This document shows positions 13,827-21,800 of a stretch of 32,093 nt of DNA, piece by piece; position 1 is the stretch's first letter, and every line of letters starts with the position of its first letter. The stretch lies in IMG/VR virus record IMGVR_UViG_3300045988_175223; one strand, given 5' to 3'. Source of the stretch: a virus. The translations under genes and the position numbers were made by a program. The notes under the pieces are model-generated. The model searched no databases. It worked only from the letters and a program-made list of their open reading frames with translations, and was not told where the DNA came from.

Positions 13827-15473
13827 ATGTCAATTGATATCCTGAAGATGACCGAAGCAGCCAGCATGCGCAATCTCCGTGACCCGAGTGCGCTGTCTGA
13901 CTATTTTGAGGCGGTGCGGCTGCTGTGGGATGTTGACCGCGCTGAAGCGAAAAGGCACAATGCTAACATCAAGAACAAAGCTGCGGTGTATGCGCGGGAC
14001 ATGAACTCCCGGAGCATGCTTGAAATGTACCGGCGCAGCCTGTTATTTGCCGCAAAGTACGATTTTGACAGCTTTATGCTGTATATGGAATGGAAGCGCA
14101 ACCCGGATAAACGGTTTTATCAGCCTCGCCGAAATGTTCTGCGCCCGGTTGTGCAGGCGTTTCAGGATGTAAATGACGGCAAAATTGACCTTTTGACCGT
14201 ATCACAGCCGAAACGAACGGGAAAAAGCACGCTGGGCGAATGGTTCGGCCTGTTTCGGTCGGGACAATCCCCTCTCGGCTCGTCAATCTTCTGCGGCGCA
14301 GGCAATGACCTTGTGAAATCGTTTTACACGGGCATACTTGATGTGCTTACGAAGCCGGATGAATACACTTTTTACGAAATTTTCCCCCAAGCCACCCTTG
14401 AAGCTACGAATGCGGACGAAAAAACAATCCATTTGCTGACCCGAAAGCGCTTTGCAACCGTCACTTGCCGAAGTATTGACGGCGCACTGACCGGTTCGAC
14501 CGAAGCGACCCCGGACGGAATGTTATATCTGGACGATTTAGTGTCGGACGATGTGGAGGCAAACAACCGAAACCGCCTTGACACCCTCTGGGACAAGGTG
14601 CGCGGTGATTTGTTGGGCAGACGGCTTGAAGGCTGCCCCATCGTAGCGCAAGGGACAAGATATTCCCTTTATGACCCTATCGGAAGATTGCAGGATATAG
14701 CGCCCACGATGGGCTGGCGGACAAAGATATTAGCAATACCGGCACTTGACCCGAAGACGGATGAAAGCAATTTTTCCATTGTCCTGAACGGAAAACCCAT
14801 GTTCACAACGGATTATTACCGCAAGGAGCGGGAACTTGTAAGCCCGGTACAGTGGGCAAGCCAGTTTCAGCAGGAGCCGTATGAAACACGGGGGCTGCTC
14901 TTTCCTGCTGACCGGCTGAATCGGTATATGTCACTTCCGGCAGATATTGACCCGGACGGAATAATTGCCGCTTGCGACACAGCAGAGGGCGGCGGGGACA
15001 GTGTTATGCTGCCCATTGCCTATCTGTACGGTGACGATGTGTATATTGTGGACTGCGTGTTCAGCAATGATGTGCCCGAAGTGACCAAAAAAGAGTGCGC
15101 CGAAGTGCTTATGAAACACAAGGTGGCAAATGTCACCTTTGAATCAAACAGCGCAGGCGCGTATTATGCCCGTGATGTGGAAAAAATCATTCGGGAGCGC
15201 GGCGGAAAGACCGGGATAAAGACAAAAAGGTCAATATCAAACAAGAAAACCAGGATTGAAGTGGCTTCGGATAACATTTTGAAAAATTTTTATTTCCTTG
15301 ACCCGTCCCTTTATACCCCGAACAGCGAGTATGGGCAGATGATGAAGGAGCTGACAACCTATGTCCGAAGCGGCAAGGTTGCCCATGATGACGCGCCGGA
15401 CGGCCTATCCATGCTCGAAAACGAAATACGGAATATGTGCAACACCGTTGAGGTAAAGCGCAGATACTTTTGA
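13827..15473 (+). CDS. terL: Terminase large subunit (ATPase plus RNaseH-like nuclease)
   Basis: Walker A VSQPKRTGKST; nuclease-domain acidic residues (CDTAEGGGDS, AHDDAPDG); 548 aa; precedes the portal gene. Confidence 0.9.
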   Translation: MSIDILKMTEAASMRNLRDPSALSDYFEAVRLLWDVDRAEAKRHNANIKNKAAVYARDMNSRSMLEMYRRSLLFAAKYDFDSFMLYMEWKRNPDKRFYQPRRNVLRPVVQAFQDVNDGKIDLLTVSQPKRTGKSTLGEWFGLFRSGQSPLGSSIFCGAGNDLVKSFYTGILDVLTKPDEYTFYEIFPQATLEATNADEKTIHLLTRKRFATVTCRSIDGALTGSTEATPDGMLYLDDLVSDDVEANNRNRLDTLWDKVRGDLLGRRLEGCPIVAQGTRYSLYDPIGRLQDIAPTMGWRTKILAIPALDPKTDESNFSIVLNGKPMFTTDYYRKERELVSPVQWASQFQQEPYETRGLLFPADRLNRYMSLPADIDPDGIIAACDTAEGGGDSVMLPIAYLYGDDVYIVDCVFSNDVPEVTKKECAEVLMKHKVANVTFESNSAGAYYARDVEKIIRERGGKTGIKTKRSISNKKTRIEVASDNILKNFYFLDPSLYTPNSEYGQMMKELTTYVRSGKVAHDDAPDGLSMLENEIRNMCNTVEVKRRYF

Positions 15474-15474
15474 T

Positions 15475-15503
15475 TTGCGATAAATGCGTCCGTAGTGTAT
15501 AAT
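15475..15503 (+). promoter_or_regulatory. Promoter-like element TTGCGA-17-TATAAT with an extended-10 TG, immediately after the terL stop
   Basis: ttgcga (15475-15480); TG at 15496-15497; tataat at 15498-15503. Confidence 0.4.
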
Positions 15504-15548
15504 TATGCACATGAAATGTATATTTATGCAAAGGGGCGTGTTTGAGGC

Positions 15549-15710
15549 GTGGAACAGAGCGATAAAGACAGAATACCTATCTACTGCCCGGATTGTGCGA
15601 AGGCGAAACTGCCCCCCCGGCTGCTTATGTATGTTGCGCCGGATGCGCACGGAACGATTTACCCCTATTGCAAGGGGTGCAAAGCGAATAAAAAGATAAT
15701 ACTCAAATAG
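15549..15710 (+). CDS. Com-like zinc-ribbon protein (CPDC...x22...CKGC), 53 aa, GTG start, in a different frame from the 64-aa track ORF
   Basis: IPIYCPDCAKAKLPPRLLMYVAPDAHGTIYPYCKGCKANKKIILK has the 4-Cys architecture and spacing of Mu Com-type translational regulators. Weak RBS. Confidence 0.35.
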   Translation: MEQSDKDRIPIYCPDCAKAKLPPRLLMYVAPDAHGTIYPYCKGCKANKKIILK

Positions 15711-15735
15711 TGCCAAGTGCAAATTGCCAAGTGCC
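15710..15735 (+). promoter_or_regulatory. Second pair of (G)TGCCAAGTGC(C) direct repeats (15710-15720 and 15725-15735) 47 nt upstream of the portal gene
   Basis: Read directly; same motif as upstream of terL. Confidence 0.45.
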
Positions 15736-15781
15736 GATGAACCTATAAGGTTTGTCGGCATTTTTTGTTTTGGAGGCGGCT

Positions 15782-17290
15782 ATGAGCGAGAACACCACGA
15801 ACACGAACAGCACGGAAACCCCCGATCTGTTCGGCAGACGGCGCATATATACCACGGTTGACGAGATAACGGCGGACAATCTTGTCCAGCTGCTCAACGA
15901 ACTGCTCTCAGTCCACATTGAGAACATGTACGCGGAGGAATATCTGTACTGGTACAGACGGGGTTTACAACCCATTCTTGAGCGCGTCAAGGAAGTGCGC
16001 CCGGAGATAAACAACAAAGTTGTGGAAAATCACGCCTCCGAAATAGTCGCTTTCAAGAACGGCTATTTCCTCACACAGCCTGCCTTTTATGTGTCACGCC
16101 GTGACGATACGAAGGTCACAGAAAAAGTAAACAAACTCAATGAGTATTTGTACCTAAGCGGCAAACAAGACGCAGATAACGCCATTGTGGACTGGTTTCA
16201 CACTGTGGGTATAGGTGTGTGTTATGTAGAGCCGTCAAACGATAATCAGCAGCCTTTTCGGGCTTATGCGCTTGACCCGCGCAGCGCGTTTGTAGTGTAC
16301 AGCCGCAGACCGGGCGGTGCGCCGGTAATGGGCGTGAATGTCGTGCTCACAGGTGAAAAGGGCGAAAACAACACCGCGCAGGCGATCTTTGATGTTTTCA
16401 CCCGTGACCGTGTGTTCCGTGTGCTCGGCGGCATAACCGGGCGCATTGTCACCGGCACACCGATAAACGGCACGGCAATCAGCGTTATTTCCGAAGAGGT
16501 CAACACTCTGGGCGAGATACCGATTATCGAGTATCAGTACGAAAACAACCGCATGAGCGCGTTTGAAAGTGTTATTCCCCTGCTGGATGAAATAAACAAA
16601 ATTCAGTCGAACCGTGTGGACGGCATAGAGCAGTTTATTCAGAGCCTTATGGTGTTTTATAACTGCCAGCTCGGCACGGACGAAAACGGAAAGCCAATTG
16701 ACGCAAATTATATCCGTCAAAACGGCATGTTGTTTCTCCGTTCGACCGGGCAGGACAAAGCCGACCTGAAAATCCTATCCGAACAGCTTAACCAGACCGA
16801 AGTACAGGTGCTGATTGACTACCTGTACGAACGCGCCCTGAGCATTTGCGGCATGCCCACAAATACAAAGGGCGGCACTTCGACAAGCGACACCGGGCAA
16901 GCCGTCCTATACCGTGACGGCTGGTATCAGGCCGATACCTTCGCCCGGAATACGGCAGATCTGTTCAAGGCGGCAAATAGGCGCTTTGACCGCATAATCA
17001 CCCGCATTTTGAAGGCAAAAGGGCTGCTGGATATCAATATTTCCGATTTTGAAATTCAATTCACCCGAAACGAAACCGCAAACATCCTTGTGAAAACGCA
17101 GGCCGCTATGAACATGCGCGAACTGGGCTTTTCCCCGGAGATCGCCTTCCAGCGCTCGGGCGTTTCCAATGACCCCGTGGCCGATGTTGCAAACAGCAAA
17201 CAGTACATCGAAGCGAAATGGGGCAAGACGGACAACACGGAGATTATAGACGAAACCGTGACCGAAGATAATACCGCAAACACACCGTAA
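15782..17290 (+). CDS. Portal protein (SPP1 gp6-like)
   Basis: 503 aa directly after terL; GGAGG RBS before ATG 15782 (the track start 15752 is upstream, without an RBS); acidic C-terminus; conserved portal core segments. Confidence 0.8.
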   Translation: MSENTTNTNSTETPDLFGRRRIYTTVDEITADNLVQLLNELLSVHIENMYAEEYLYWYRRGLQPILERVKEVRPEINNKVVENHASEIVAFKNGYFLTQPAFYVSRRDDTKVTEKVNKLNEYLYLSGKQDADNAIVDWFHTVGIGVCYVEPSNDNQQPFRAYALDPRSAFVVYSRRPGGAPVMGVNVVLTGEKGENNTAQAIFDVFTRDRVFRVLGGITGRIVTGTPINGTAISVISEEVNTLGEIPIIEYQYENNRMSAFESVIPLLDEINKIQSNRVDGIEQFIQSLMVFYNCQLGTDENGKPIDANYIRQNGMLFLRSTGQDKADLKILSEQLNQTEVQVLIDYLYERALSICGMPTNTKGGTSTSDTGQAVLYRDGWYQADTFARNTADLFKAANRRFDRIITRILKAKGLLDINISDFEIQFTRNETANILVKTQAAMNMRELGFSPEIAFQRSGVSNDPVADVANSKQYIEAKWGKTDNTEIIDETVTEDNTANTP

Positions 17291-17386
17291 ATATCGGCAC
17301 AAGCCGTTATGAGCGGCAGGGAAGCCGCTATACAAATATCGCCAACGGTGAAGGAACACCGAAAAAAATGCAAAGGAGCGTGGACG

Positions 17387-17914
17387 ATGGATACCACCAA
17401 AATTGAGGGGTACGAAACGATGACCCCGGAACAGAAAATTGCCGCACTTGAACAGTACGAACCGCCAAAAGAGACAAAACCCGCAACAGATGAGCTGGAA
17501 CGGCTCAAAGCTGCGCTTACGAAGTCAAATTCGGAGGCGGCAGAGTACAAAAGACAGCTCAGAGCAAAGCAGAGTGATGATGAAGCCCGTCAAGCTTCCG
17601 AACAGGAAGAAAAAGAGCGCATTTTGCAGGAGTTGGAAGAGTTTCGCAAAAAAGACGCAATATCCGGCCACAAGTCGGCATATATGGCACTCGGTTATGA
17701 CGAACAGACAGCCGCAGAGAACGCACAAGCCCTGTTTGACGGCGATTTCAAGACGGTATTCACCAACCACAAAAAGCACATCGAACAAATCAAAAAAGAA
17801 GCTGAAGCCGCATTCATAAGCCGACAGCCGGGGCTTACTGCGGGCAATACCGTAACGGCCAAAGATATGGAAAAGGCCAAGGATGACGAACTGCGGAGAT
17901 ACTTCGGGCTCTAA
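17387..17914 (+). CDS. Scaffolding protein (coiled-coil, E/K/Q-rich), about 176 aa
   Basis: Position between portal and major capsid; low-complexity helical composition; AAAGGAG RBS before ATG 17387. Confidence 0.6.
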   Translation: MDTTKIEGYETMTPEQKIAALEQYEPPKETKPATDELERLKAALTKSNSEAAEYKRQLRAKQSDDEARQASEQEEKERILQELEEFRKKDAISGHKSAYMALGYDEQTAAENAQALFDGDFKTVFTNHKKHIEQIKKEAEAAFISRQPGLTAGNTVTAKDMEKAKDDELRRYFGL

Positions 17915-17930
17915 GAAAGGAAAATGAAAA

Positions 17931-18830
17931 ATGGCAAACACTATTGCACTTGCGCAGCGATATCTCCCGCTGCTTGATGAAGTTTACAAGAGAGAAAGTC
18001 TGACCGCCCGCTTTGACGCTACCAGTGACAGAGTGCGGTTTATCGGCGCGAAAACCGTTCAGATTTACAAGACATCAATGGATGGCCTTGCGAATTACGG
18101 ACGAAATACCGGGTTCGTGAAGGGCAGCGTCAACGGTTCTTGGGAGACGATGGAACTCGGCAAGGACAGAGGCACTTCGTTCTCCGTTGATGTTATGGAC
18201 AACGAGGAAACCCTTGGAATGGCGTTCGGAACCCTTGCCGGTGAGTTTATCCGCACTCAGGTCGTTCCCGAACTTGACGCATACCGTTTCGCCAGCATGG
18301 CGGGCTTTAGCGGCATTCTGTCCGGCACCCCAGCTGACATCACCGTAGGCACAACCAATGTGCTGAACATGATTGATGATGCCGAGAAGCAGATGGGTGA
18401 CGCAGAGGTGCCCCGCGAGGGTCGTATCTGTTTCGTGTCCGAGCTTGCTTATCAGGCAATCAAGGGCAATGTCACCCGCTATCTTGCCAACGAAAACGGC
18501 GTAAACCGTAATGTAGAGACCTACAACGACATGGAGATCGTCCGTGTTCCCGCCTCCCGTTTCAACACCGGCATTACGCTCAATGACGGCACGACCGCAT
18601 TCGGCTACTCCATCCCTAAGAGCACTTCCTACCCCATTAACTTCCTGATTGTACATCCTTCCGCACTGGTGCAGATCACCAAGCACCTTGTGCCGCGCAT
18701 CTTCTCGCCGGAGGTCAACCAGGAAGCTGACGCATGGAAGTTTGACTATCGTATTTACCACGACATTTTCGCCTATGCGAACAAGACGAAGGGTATCTAC
18801 CTTAGCCGGGCAGCCACCGCGAACAGCTAA
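17931..18830 (+). CDS. Major capsid protein (SPP1 gp13-like, HK97 fold), 299 aa
   Basis: Follows the scaffold; size and composition typical; no prohead protease, consistent with an SPP1-like head module. Confidence 0.7.
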   Translation: MANTIALAQRYLPLLDEVYKRESLTARFDATSDRVRFIGAKTVQIYKTSMDGLANYGRNTGFVKGSVNGSWETMELGKDRGTSFSVDVMDNEETLGMAFGTLAGEFIRTQVVPELDAYRFASMAGFSGILSGTPADITVGTTNVLNMIDDAEKQMGDAEVPREGRICFVSELAYQAIKGNVTRYLANENGVNRNVETYNDMEIVRVPASRFNTGITLNDGTTAFGYSIPKSTSYPINFLIVHPSALVQITKHLVPRIFSPEVNQEADAWKFDYRIYHDIFAYANKTKGIYLSRAATANS

Positions 18831-18841
18831 CGGGTGAGAAT

Positions 18842-18961
18842 ATGGCTTGTGAATTTATTGGATTAAGGGTTGAGCCGGAAAAACCGGTTCAGCCCGAAAA
18901 ACCGAAACCCGAACCGAAACCCGAAAAGCCGAAGCCGCAGGGCAAAACACAGAAGAAGTGA
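18842..18961 (+). CDS. Possible 39-aa Pro/Lys/Glu-rich peptide (PEKPKPEPKPEKPKP)
   Basis: ATG 4 nt after GGTGAG; low-complexity; below the track cutoff. Confidence 0.25.
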   Translation: MACEFIGLRVEPEKPVQPEKPKPEPKPEKPKPQGKTQKK

Positions 18962-18970
18962 GGTATCGCT

Positions 18971-19297
18971 ATGACGGAGGCCGAGAAGCTATCTCTTTGT
19001 AAAAAACTTATAAACGATGTCAATGTGACGGATGAACAGATACTGTCTTACCTCCTCATAGCGTCTCAAAGAATCCTTGTTCGCCTGTATCCTTTCGGGG
19101 TAAAGAACGAAGCAACGGTTCCGGCAGAGTACGAAACAACGCAATGTGAATTGGCGGTTCGGATGATTGCCCGGCGCGGCGGTGAGGGCGAAATAGCTCA
19201 TAACGAGAACGGCATAAACCGTTCTTACGGCACCGTAAACGATGAGGACATTCTGAACCGTATTACTCCGTTCGTAAAGGTGGGCGCGAATGTTTAA
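18971..19297 (+). CDS. Head-tail connector (gp6-like / Phage_connect_1), 108 aa
   Basis: LINDVNVTDEQILSYLLIASQRIL N-terminal pattern typical of gp6-like connectors; GTGAGGT RBS. Confidence 0.55.
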   Translation: MTEAEKLSLCKKLINDVNVTDEQILSYLLIASQRILVRLYPFGVKNEATVPAEYETTQCELAVRMIARRGGEGEIAHNENGINRSYGTVNDEDILNRITPFVKVGANV

Positions 19298-19652
19298 CTT
19301 GGCACGCAACAGCTCTACGGTTATCTATAAGCAGTATCAGGGGCGAACCGAAATAATTGACGCAAACGGCAATAAAACCGGCAGCTGGGCACCGCAATAC
19401 GGCGATTTTCAGACGGCGCAGATGTTTGTTTCGCCGAATAAAGGCGAAGCGGAAAGCGAAATGTTCGGCTCGGTCGAACCGTATGACCGTGTAATGATAA
19501 CCGCCGATATTAACTGCCCCATAGACGAAGAAAGCGTGCTGTGGCTGGATGGTGCCTCTACGGATAAGCCCTATAACTTTATCGTGACCAAGCGGGCACC
19601 GTGGCGAAACAGCATAGCCTACGCAATTAAGAAGGTGCAGGTCAGTGATTAA
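19290..19652 (+). CDS. Head-closure / head-tail adaptor protein, 120 aa
   Basis: Gene order in the connector module; coupled overlaps. Confidence 0.4.
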   Translation: MFNLARNSSTVIYKQYQGRTEIIDANGNKTGSWAPQYGDFQTAQMFVSPNKGEAESEMFGSVEPYDRVMITADINCPIDEESVLWLDGASTDKPYNFIVTKRAPWRNSIAYAIKKVQVSD

Positions 19653-20139
19653 AACAATTCGCATGACCCTTTCCGACAGTTCCATTGCGGACGCAATAAA
19701 GCAAATTGAGGCATACACCCAATGGGTGGTAAAAAAAACGGAGCTGCTTACCCAAAAACTTGCCGATATCGGCATGCAGGACGCACAAGTGACCTTCGCC
19801 GGGGCGCAGTATGACGGCGATAACGATGTTTCCGTGACGGTTCGGCGCATACCCAAAGGATATGCGATTTTAGCCGAAGGACAGGCGGTTTGCTTTATCG
19901 AGTTCGGCGCAGGCGTGTATTACAACGGTGACGAGCCGTATCCAGTCAAGCGCCCGAGCGGAATATCCAAAATCGGCGAATACGGACAGGGGCGCGGAAA
20001 ACGCCGCGCATGGGGTTTTTATGACGAGGGCGGACAAGTAGTCGTAACACGAGGAAATCCGGCTGCTATGCCTATGTACGGGGCGCAGCGCACCATGTAT
20101 GAGGCTATTGCCCGCATTGCGAAAGAGGTGTTCGGATGA
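19645..20139 (+). CDS. HK97 gp10-like tail-component protein, 164 aa
   Basis: CFIEFGAGVYY motif characteristic of the HK97 gp10 family; position. Confidence 0.45.
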   Translation: MIKTIRMTLSDSSIADAIKQIEAYTQWVVKKTELLTQKLADIGMQDAQVTFAGAQYDGDNDVSVTVRRIPKGYAILAEGQAVCFIEFGAGVYYNGDEPYPVKRPSGISKIGEYGQGRGKRRAWGFYDEGGQVVVTRGNPAAMPMYGAQRTMYEAIARIAKEVFG

Positions 20140-20537
20140 TTGATGTTGAAGCTGCCGTTTTTAATCGTGTGGCAGAAAAATTTGATATTGCCTATCCGAA
20201 CGGAACGCGCGTCAGCGAACCGATTGATGCACCCGCTTCCTTCCCATGCATGTCCCTTGTCGAAGCCGATAATGCCACCTATACCGGCTCGCTGGATGCC
20301 GAAATGATGGAACACGATGCGTGGCTTATGTACGAATTGAATGTGTACAGCAATCTTGCGTCTGGGGCGAAGCAGCAATGCAAAGAGATTATCGCCCTTG
20401 TAGACGATGAATTGCTTGCAATGGGTTTTACCCGTACATTTTGCCACCAAACAAAGAATGCAGACACAAAGATATACCGCATGACAGCACGATACCGTGC
20501 CATTATAAGCGAAGAATTAAGAATTTACAGAAAATAA
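20136..20537 (+). CDS. Tail terminator / tail completion protein, 133 aa
   Basis: Position immediately before the major tail protein; coupled. Confidence 0.4.
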   Translation: MIDVEAAVFNRVAEKFDIAYPNGTRVSEPIDAPASFPCMSLVEADNATYTGSLDAEMMEHDAWLMYELNVYSNLASGAKQQCKEIIALVDDELLAMGFTRTFCHQTKNADTKIYRMTARYRAIISEELRIYRK

Positions 20538-20551
20538 CAGGAGGTTTTACT

Positions 20552-21025
20552 ATGGCTATTGACCTTAGCACTGCGGGCGTTACCGTACAGTACGCGGCGG
20601 AAACTACTGCCGGTACGAAACCCACAACCGGCTACACTAAAATTCCCGGAATCAAGGCAATTCCCGACCTTAACCCCGAGCCTTCCGGGCTGGATACCAC
20701 CACTCTTGAAGCCGAAGAGTGGAAGACCTACATTCAGGGGCTCAAAGACCCGGGCGGGGCAATTCAGTTCACCGCCAATAACACCGAAGAGTTTCAGACG
20801 GCGTGGGCAACGCTTGTCGAGGCGTACAATACTGCGATGGCTGCTGACAAAGAAGTTTGGTTCGCCGTGGTCATTCCCGGTCTGACCAAGAGCTTCTATT
20901 TCAGCGGCAAGCCGTCCGACCTCGGACTGAGCGCGATTGAGGTTGACGCTGTTCTTGAAATCCAGCCCTACATTACCCCGCATCAGATAGGCGGGTGGAG
21001 CGCAAAGCCCACAATGGGCGGCTGA
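20552..21025 (+). CDS. Major tail (tube) protein, 157 aa
   Basis: ACAGGAGG RBS 6 nt before ATG 20552 (the track ORF starts earlier with no RBS); followed by the gpG/gpGT chaperone pair and TMP. Confidence 0.7.
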   Translation: MAIDLSTAGVTVQYAAETTAGTKPTTGYTKIPGIKAIPDLNPEPSGLDTTTLEAEEWKTYIQGLKDPGGAIQFTANNTEEFQTAWATLVEAYNTAMAADKEVWFAVVIPGLTKSFYFSGKPSDLGLSAIEVDAVLEIQPYITPHQIGGWSAKPTMGG

Positions 21026-21048
21026 TAAATAAACGGAGGTAGCATCTT

Positions 21049-21396
21049 ATGAAAAACACAGACATCAAACCTATGGTTATCACCGATAACGAAACCGGCG
21101 AAACCTATACCCTTGAATTTTCCCGTGACAGCGTCCGCTTTGCCGAGCAGCGCGGATTCTGCATCGAAGAGCTGACAAGATACCCCGAAACGAATATTCC
21201 GGCTCTGTTCTTCTATGCTTTTCGTAAAAATCATGCAAACATCCCCCTTTCAAAAGCGGAAAAGCTGTTCGACAGGCTGGGCGGTCTGACCACCGAAGAA
21301 CTCGCAAGGCTGGTTGACCTTTACCATCTGCCTTCCGAGGCTCTGTTTGCGGACGAAGACACAAGAAAAAACGGGAGAATGGCTGTGGTGCTCTGA
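21049..21396 (+). CDS. Tail assembly chaperone (gpG-like), 115 aa
   Basis: Position between the major tail protein and TMP; contains the slippery site near its 3' end. Confidence 0.75.
   Translation: MKNTDIKPMVITDNETGETYTLEFSRDSVRFAEQRGFCIEELTRYPETNIPALFFYAFRKNHANIPLSKAEKLFDRLGGLTTEELARLVDLYHLPSEALFADEDTRKNGRMAVVL
21366..21372 (+). other. -1 programmed ribosomal frameshift heptamer A AAA AAC in the gpG frame
   Basis: Codons aga|aaa|aac at 21364-21372 in frame 1; the -1 frame (frame 0) is open from 21318 to 21800. Confidence 0.7.
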
Positions 21397-21800
21397 TACC
21401 GCAGCCCGGTGCGGCGAAAACCGCAACGCAATTATTTTACGAGGTGCTACCTTACTACCTCTCTCTCGGAATGTCTGCCGTCCAGTTTTGGGAAGATGAT
21501 CCGAGACTGGCGGCGGCGTACCGGGAAGCAAACCGATATAACGCCGAACGGCGCAACCAAGAGATGTGGTGGCAGGGTATGTACATACACGCAGCGGTCA
21601 GTATTGCTATCCGCAACGCTTTCCGCAAGCAAGGCGCACCGGCAGAGAATTATCCGCTGGAACCCCTCCGCATAACGCCGTTGACCGAAGAAGAAAAGGC
21701 GCAAAAAGCGGAAGAGGAGCGCAAAAAGGTTATTAAGTGGCTGAACGGGTTGATGAAATCCGACAAAGCCACAAACAAAGGAGGCGCACCCAATGAATGA
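21372..21800 (+). CDS. gpT-like extension translated by -1 frameshifting from gpG (gpGT fusion, total about 250 aa)
   Basis: Frame-0 ORF has no RBS of its own; the track ORF 21444..21800 (GTG start) is its internal part. Conserved G/GT arrangement upstream of TMP. Confidence 0.65.
   Translation, partial: RENGCGALIPQPGAAKTATQLFYEVLPYYLSLGMSAVQFWEDDPRLAAAYREANRYNAERRNQEMWWQGMYIHAAVSIAIRNAFRKQGAPAENYPLEPLRITPLTEEEKAQKAEEERKKVIKWLNGLMKSDKATNKGGAPNE

Noticed and set aside
15505-15699. 64-aa track ORF in frame 1 between terL and portal
   Set aside because: No RBS and no recognisable domain. The overlapping frame encodes a Com-like 4-Cys zinc ribbon, which I preferred with low confidence, although the 64-aa frame cannot be excluded.
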